This document shows, piece by piece, positions 58,001 through 64,000 of a stretch of DNA of 64,000 nucleotides. Source of the stretch: Schmidtea nova (Eukaryota). The stretch spans positions 66,092,001 through 66,156,000 of the forward strand of contig CM097882.1 of assembly GCA_044892505.1 (NCBI GenBank), written 5' to 3'. Within the stretch, counting starts at the first letter, position 1. Every line of letters begins with the position of its first letter. The translations under genes were made by a program, and so were the position numbers. The notes beneath the pieces were generated by a model. It ran no database searches. It saw only the letters and a list, made by a program, of their open reading frames with translations, and had not been told where the DNA came from.

Positions 58001-61000
58001 AATATAATTATTTCGGTCCCAAAATTCAAAGTAATCCACTATAATTTTGAATGATATCTTTGACATTATGACAGACGCAGTGGCGTAGCAATAGGTTGTG
58101 CAAGGCACAAGGGCCCAGGACGAAAAATTAGTAAATTTTATACGTTCGAGCATTATAAATTCCCCGATTGTCATCAAACCAAGCATCGCTTGGGCGTTTG
58201 TTTTGTTTTTAATTAAGACAGCAACCACAGTTTGGACGGTTTATACATTTAATATTATTAGGAATCTATATTGGATATAGTTGTAAACCACATATGTCAC
58301 ACCCATTCGTCTATTAAATTATTTGCTTTACGTGACGATGGGGTTTCGATTAATGTGATGCGGACTTGTTGAAGGGCCCCAGAAAGGGTACGCCACTGGT
58401 TCGACAAATATTTTGTGCGTCCCAAAATCTGCACAAGGGCCCCAGAAATCCTTGGTACGCCACTGGACAGACGAATTGCTTATTGATGAAATAAAAGGTT
58501 TATTNNNNNNNNNNNNNNNNNNNNNNNNNNNNNNNNNNNNNNNNNNNNNNNNNNNNNNNNNNNNNNNNNNNNNNNNNNNNNNNNNNNNNNNNNNNNNNNN
58601 NNNNNNNNNNNNNNNNNNNNNNNNNNNNNNNNNNNNNNNNNNNNNNNNNATAATAATATTTTAAAATAGGTAGAAATTATTAAGATAATATATTTCTATG
58701 TGGGGCCGGTAAAGTAAAATAGGTGTGTTCCCATAGACTACGTGCACGCGATCGGTAAAGTAAAAGTTTACCAATTATTTGTTTTATCACAAGTTTATTT
58801 TTGTGCGAGTAACAATGCTTATTGAACACGATCAGTTTTTAAATCGTTTAAAACACTCGTATAAGTTAATTACGTGGATTTTTTTATATTTTAGTAACAT
58901 TTTACGGTTCCTTTTTCACTTTCCAGATATTCTTGCCAAAGATGATGGAATATATGACATAAATGTAAATGACATTACATATGAGTCGAGTTCAGTCGTG
59001 TATCAAATGAAAAGTGATAAACACACTTTTCAATATGTAAATCTTATTGAAAATATGAATAAGATGAAAATGTTGAATGTGTCACCGATAAACACAGATG
59101 TTTTTATGGAATTTGGCGCTGGAAGAGGAGGATTTTCACATTTTCTTGAAAAATCTTTGTCTAGTGCTAGCAATATTGCATTGAATAATTTAACTTTTAT
59201 TCTTATTGACAGACAAGGTGTTCGTAATCGAGTAAATTTTCAATTTGTTGATATAGAAATCTCTATTTTAACATCATTTAGTATGATGCCAAGCACAAAA
59301 ACGGCCCTAAATTTGAGAGAATTCTCATGGATATAGCTCATTTAAATCTGAGTAGGTATTTTAAATTTTAAGTTGTAATTGGAAGAACTGACAGAAAATA
59401 AAGTACATGTTGTAAATAAATCACCATCTGAAATATAGTAAAGTTTATTGGTTTTAAAACATAACTTCCTTGCTTTTGGTAATAACTTTAACCCATCATA
59501 GAAATAGTGGATCTAATCGCCAAAGCTCCAACGAAAGCCTCAATCATAGCAATTCTAATATAGTATATAATCCAAGTATTGAAGTATTTATTAGGTACCA
59601 CTTTGATTATTGAAAACATTAATTGGTAGTTCCCAGCTTGAAATGAAAGGTTTGAGGTTCTGGAATATTTGACATTTTTTTGCTTTTTTCGAAAATCTAA
59701 CTACTTTCTTGTTTATTTTTTATATATTAATATAGATAATTTAATATGGATTTTAATTATTGATAATTTAATATAATTTTAAATATAGTAATTTAACATA
59801 ATGTAAATATAGCTATTAATAAAAATTTTATTTTATTAGTTATAATTGTACCCGAATTATATGACCAGCACACATAAACAAATTCTACATTAAAAACACA
59901 TGCTTACCGACGTACTATACAAATTAGAACTATGAAAAAGTGTACTGGGTATTAAAAACCAATATCAATAATATTACACAATAGGAATCTATAATGTTGT
60001 CTCTATGTCGACGAGTTTGATACTCTCAAGTCCATTTTAATGTCTATTATAGTTTTTATAATACTTTAAGACTGTTACCATGTTAAGCCAATTACCATGT
60101 TTGTCCCAGTATAAGGCGATCCCCAATTTTTATTGAAAACAGTGGAAAAACAAAATTATTTTTAAATCCCGATTATAGGAAGACTGTAATCGTAATACTA
60201 AAAAATCTATTTTAAAATTTTAGTCAAAACTTCAAGCGGCTGAAAAATATGCAAAAGCATGCATTAAAAATTCATTGTAATCCTTAAATCGTCAAACTTT
60301 TCACTATAACATCGTAATATTCAGCAGCAGTTGATGTCATCACAGATATATTGTTAGATGACTGTTATTTGGTCGAAATCAATCGCGTTTATTTTGAATA
60401 TAATTAGTTGGCGTTTATCTATTATTAAATCATTGCCATGTTTTTTTGATTATATATTATCTATGGTAATTATTTATTACTATACTAATTTACATATTTA
60501 CTATTATATTTAAACTAAAATATATGTCTGAAACCTCACTGTCAGCACTAACAATATTTTCTGGCTCAATTTCTTCACCTGAGGCGATATCACTAGCATT
60601 TTGTTCTTCAAATGATTAAACGGTGCAATAAAATAAAAGAGCCTGGTAATGTACAGTCACGTGGGGTCATTGTGAGAGTTTAATATTCACATATGTAATT
60701 TATTCAAAACTTAAGAGTCCAATTATAAGATTATCATCAAATTTGAATTACTGTACTAAAATGCTCGTCTTGATTTCAGGCCAATATGATAGTTGTAATT
60801 TTTTAAACCTCTTGGCGTCAAATTAGCGGCGTCCCTTTCCCACAATATTTTACGTGACAGAAAAATATCATAATGTTTTTTATAAAAAAATATTTTATTA
60901 ATTAAAAAATTTAAATTAATTATTTCTGGCGTTAGTAGTTAGTTATTTCAACGTAGTTTATAAAAATAACATTAATATACTCAAACATTTTAAGTCATCC

Positions 61001-61045
61001 TTTTTATATATAAATTATAAAATAATTACAAAGCACCATAAAATT

Positions 61046-61126
<81 letters not shown>

Positions 61127-61483
61127 AATAAACTGTAAAATAAATAAACCAAACTTTAATTAATTAATTTTATTTATAATCTTAATTTTATTAGAATCTT
61201 TNNNNNNNNNNNNNNNNNNNNNNNNNNNNNNNNNNNNNNNNNNNNNNNNNNNNNNNNNNNNNNNNNNNNNNNNNNNNNNNNNNNNNNNNNNNNNNNNNNN
61301 NNNNNNNNNNNNNNNNNNNNNNNNNNNNNNNNNNNNNNNNNNNNNNNNNNNNNNNNNNNNNNNNNNNNNNNNNNNNNNNNNNNNNNNNNNNNNNNNNNNN
61401 NNNNNNNNNNNNNTATTAAAATCTTAATTTTATTTAATTAATTAAAGTTTGGTTTATTAATTTGCAGTTTATTTATTTTACAC

Positions 61484-61531
<48 letters not shown>

Positions 61532-62674
61532 CTAATAAGCCGTATTCCCGTTATCTAGATATCACGCCTCCTTACTACTATGTTGACTGTTCCTGAACCG
61601 GTTTCATAATTTATTGAATTGCTTGAATATAGGAATATTTTACCCAAAGACTTTATGCGAAGAAAGTAAGTTGAGGTTTATTACAATTATTATTAATAAT
61701 AATTATATTAATTAAACTTCATAAACAATTATTAATTATTTTACCATGATATACCAACGTTTTTCCAAGTTATTTAGCACAAAATAATCATTTATAATAA
61801 TTTTCATTATGCAGCATGGCCATAAAGTCCGTGTCAATTAAAACACTTGTGACTTTTTAATGTGCTTGAAATAATCTGTAATAAGCAAAAAAGGAGCACT
61901 TAATTTTTTTATTACTATTGTTAATTTTTAAAAGGTCCATCATTATACTAATTAAAAGGAGAATACAATTATATAGTTACCTGAAAACATTTCCGATATG
62001 ATTTTCAGTGCTGTTAGCAATTATATGAGTTATCCTATCTTCTAAAGATCGACGTTTGGTTGAATAAACATTGGCGTTCACAAATTCCCTTAAAATTAAA
62101 TCTAATCTGGTGAATATAATGAAATGAATCACCTCTTTCAATACACATACTAGTGAATATTTAATCTAGAAACCGTCTAACTTTGAAAATAAAATCACAA
62201 GGAGCATCATCTTGAAATAATGTATCCTCTATCGGTCCTAATTGTTCAAGCTGAGCAATAAAGTAATTTCTCAAAAAAAATTATTTCATGCATGTTTCAA
62301 TTCAATTTAATATTTAAAAGTTCGTCTACAACCTTGTTTTCTAATCCTTCTTCAGATTCTTTCTATTACGTATTAACAAAATCTCTAGTATTTTTAATTG
62401 GGCACCGATTTTATGAGCATACTGTATTAAAATAAATCTTCAACGTATTATTTATTTTCTCATTGTTCAGTTTCTTTGTACAGTTTTCATACCGGTTTTA
62501 TATTATGTGGAATAGAATTTAAATATAATAAAATATAATATTAATAATGTCAACTTAAAATTGTCGCTGATTAATCACAACATATCCTCATAATTTTATT
62601 TTTAGACAAAGTAGAAAGCGTTAAGAACAAAAGAATATTTGTTGTTTCCAAACATTTATGTGGAACCGCAACAG
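55002..62674 (+). CDS. TRMT13: tRNA:m4X modification enzyme TRM13, exons 1-8 (3' exons not located in the window)
   Basis: Phase-compatible GT-AG exons: 55002-55010, 55120-55230, 55284-55330, 55376-55442, 55488-55620, 58927-59231, 59282-59351, 62606-62674. They give CKYFVARKNRYC...FCPEH, ICPVDNKHSVYEHKLIQHLKVCN, FMEFGAGRG, FILIDR, MDIAHLNL and KHLCGTAT. Confidence 0.9.
57570..57811. mobile_element. piggyBac-type MITE in a TRMT13 intron
   Basis: TTAA-CCCTTCGCTGCAT ... ATGCAATGAAGGG-TTAA (11/13 TIR match, TTAA TSD). Confidence 0.85.
58078..58465. mobile_element. hAT MITE with a duplicated right terminus
   Basis: TIR CAGTGGCGTA / TACGCCACTG; 8-bp TSD GACAGACG on both sides; extra internal TIR copy ending at 58398. 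Confidence 0.9.
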
Positions 62675-62873
62675 GTAGTTTATTTTATACTTTAATTGTA
62701 TTATTAATATCAATAATTCCCATAATGATGACTATAGATCAAAATTTCTTTAAAGTGTACTTAAAGAAATTTTGATCTATAGTCATCATTATGAGAATTA
62801 TTGATAATAATAATAAAAAAAGATCAAAGGTGAAAAAAGATAATTATGATACTTTAATTGTAGTAATTAAAAT

Positions 62874-63065
62874 CAGTGGTTTCCAACCTCTGGGTCTCGA
62901 GGGAACTTTTGGTTCGTTTGAGAAATTTTTGATATTAAGAAAAAAAACAAAATTAAGTTCAACGTTAGCTAACCAAATTTGTCACAAAGCTTACAGCAAA
63001 AATAGGAATTTTAAAATTATTATTTTTCCTTACATTGAGTCACGAAAAAAGGTTGGGAATCACAG
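62874..63065. mobile_element. Degenerate hAT MITE
   Basis: Imperfect TIR CAGTGGTTTCCAACC / GGTTGGGAATCACAG; TSD not preserved. Confidence 0.55.
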
Positions 63066-63346
63066 ATGTAAAGCGATTGAAAATTGTGCTATTTATTCGA
63101 TTTTATAATAATATTTACAATTTAATCTAAAACTTGCCAAAATTCTTTTTTAAACTTAATCATAGTTAATTCAGTTAGTATTCACCGTATTTTAGCGCAT
63201 TTAGGGCGCATCAGATTACAAGTCACACGTTTTGGGAGTTTCAGTAAAAAATTACATAATTCGCCACCACGAGAATTTTTATTGCTAATCTATTTTACTT
63301 GTGTTGATGTTATTATAGATGTTAAAAGTTTCAATATCATCTAGAG

Positions 63347-63653
63347 CAGGGGTGCCCACTAATTTTTCTAGGAGAGCTACATTCACATCCAAAATGTGTA
63401 TGCGATCTACTTTTTTAATAGCATTTGTTTATTGAAACAAAATTAATTTAACAAAAAAGCTTAAGAAAATTTTTCACTTTGTTATTTATGTTATTTAGTA
63501 TTACCATAGAAATGGAACACAGAACATGAAAATTGGCAAAAAATTTAAGCATAAAACAGAAATTTTATATAAAATCTAAATTTATATAAAAAGTATTTTT
63601 TTTATGAAGATCTACTAAAAAATCCTTCGCGATCGACCTTATGGGCACCCCTG
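63347..63653. mobile_element. Buster-type hAT MITE
   Basis: TIR CAGGGGTGCCCA / TGGGCACCCCTG; 8-bp TSD ATCTAGAG on both sides. Confidence 0.92.
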
Positions 63654-63718
63654 ATCTAGAGTTTGCGTTATATATTTTTAATTCATAACCAAATTAAGAG
63701 CAAAAAACGTAGTTACCA

Positions 63719-63965
63719 TTTTTAGTGCTCCATGATGATTGCTGTACGTGTCTAGAAATATAGCAAGACCTTTGAAATAATCTTGGTTTCCGGATACTGG
63801 ACCTTGCTGTAAAGGTTTGTCTGTATACCAAAACGCTAATACATCTCCAAATAATGTACCCGTGTCTCCGTGAACTTTGAAATTCAAATGAATTTCCAAA
63901 TCACGCATTACACTGGGATTTAAATTAATCATTCCTCCAGTTTGACTTTGGTGATTACTTGTCAT
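63719..63965 (-). CDS. LMAN2: Exon of a VIP36/LMAN2-like L-type lectin (possibly a pseudogene)
   Basis: HQSQTGG...RDLEIHLNFKVHG...FGDVLAFWYT...GPVSGNQDYFKGLAIFLDTYSN, with a probable donor gtaact at about 63718. Confidence 0.75.
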
Positions 63966-64000
63966 TACTGAAGTTCCGAAAAAAACCCCATGATCCTGAA

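Noticed and set aside
61100-61480. Inverted repeats flanking an N gap (also the head-to-head arms at 62700-62810)
   Set aside because: Could be foldback MITE arms or assembly/amplification chimeras; not resolvable without reads.

Overview
AT-rich eukaryotic (probably invertebrate) scaffold with short GT-AG introns, several N gaps and a dense pile of transposable elements. The only clear host genes are a multi-exon TRMT13 (+, about 55.0-62.7 kb, incomplete) and one antisense LMAN2/VIP36-like exon. The centrepiece is an apparently intact, very young 13.6-kb Ty3/Gypsy-type LTR element (35033-48640, minus strand). It has 1060-bp LTRs with no difference found by eye, a GAGA target-site duplication, an 18-nt PBS and a PPT. 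Its single 3029-aa polyprotein reads Gag capsid, CCHC knuckle, ubiquitin-like domain, AT-hook, Bcl-2-like domain, signal/TM, chuvirus/gB-like class III fusion glycoprotein, TM, protease, RT, RNase H, integrase, and then a second signal/ectodomain/TM membrane protein. The envelope therefore lies between gag and pol in one reading frame. A second ORF encodes a catalytically degenerate DEDDh (REX4/ISG20-like) exonuclease fold and runs into the 3' LTR. This element is nested in a decayed Gmr1-like Gypsy (PR-IN-RT-RH order). Also present: an intact Buster hAT, a decayed Merlin, MULE, piggyBac and protein-primed PolB relics, Gag-protease-only LTR elements, several MITEs, a type I hammerhead ribozyme, and a poly(A)-tailed 3.9-kb insert with a 1056-aa orphan ORF flanked by a 1.6-kb direct duplication. 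Domain calls come from motif recognition by eye, with no database searches, and internal domain coordinates are approximate.
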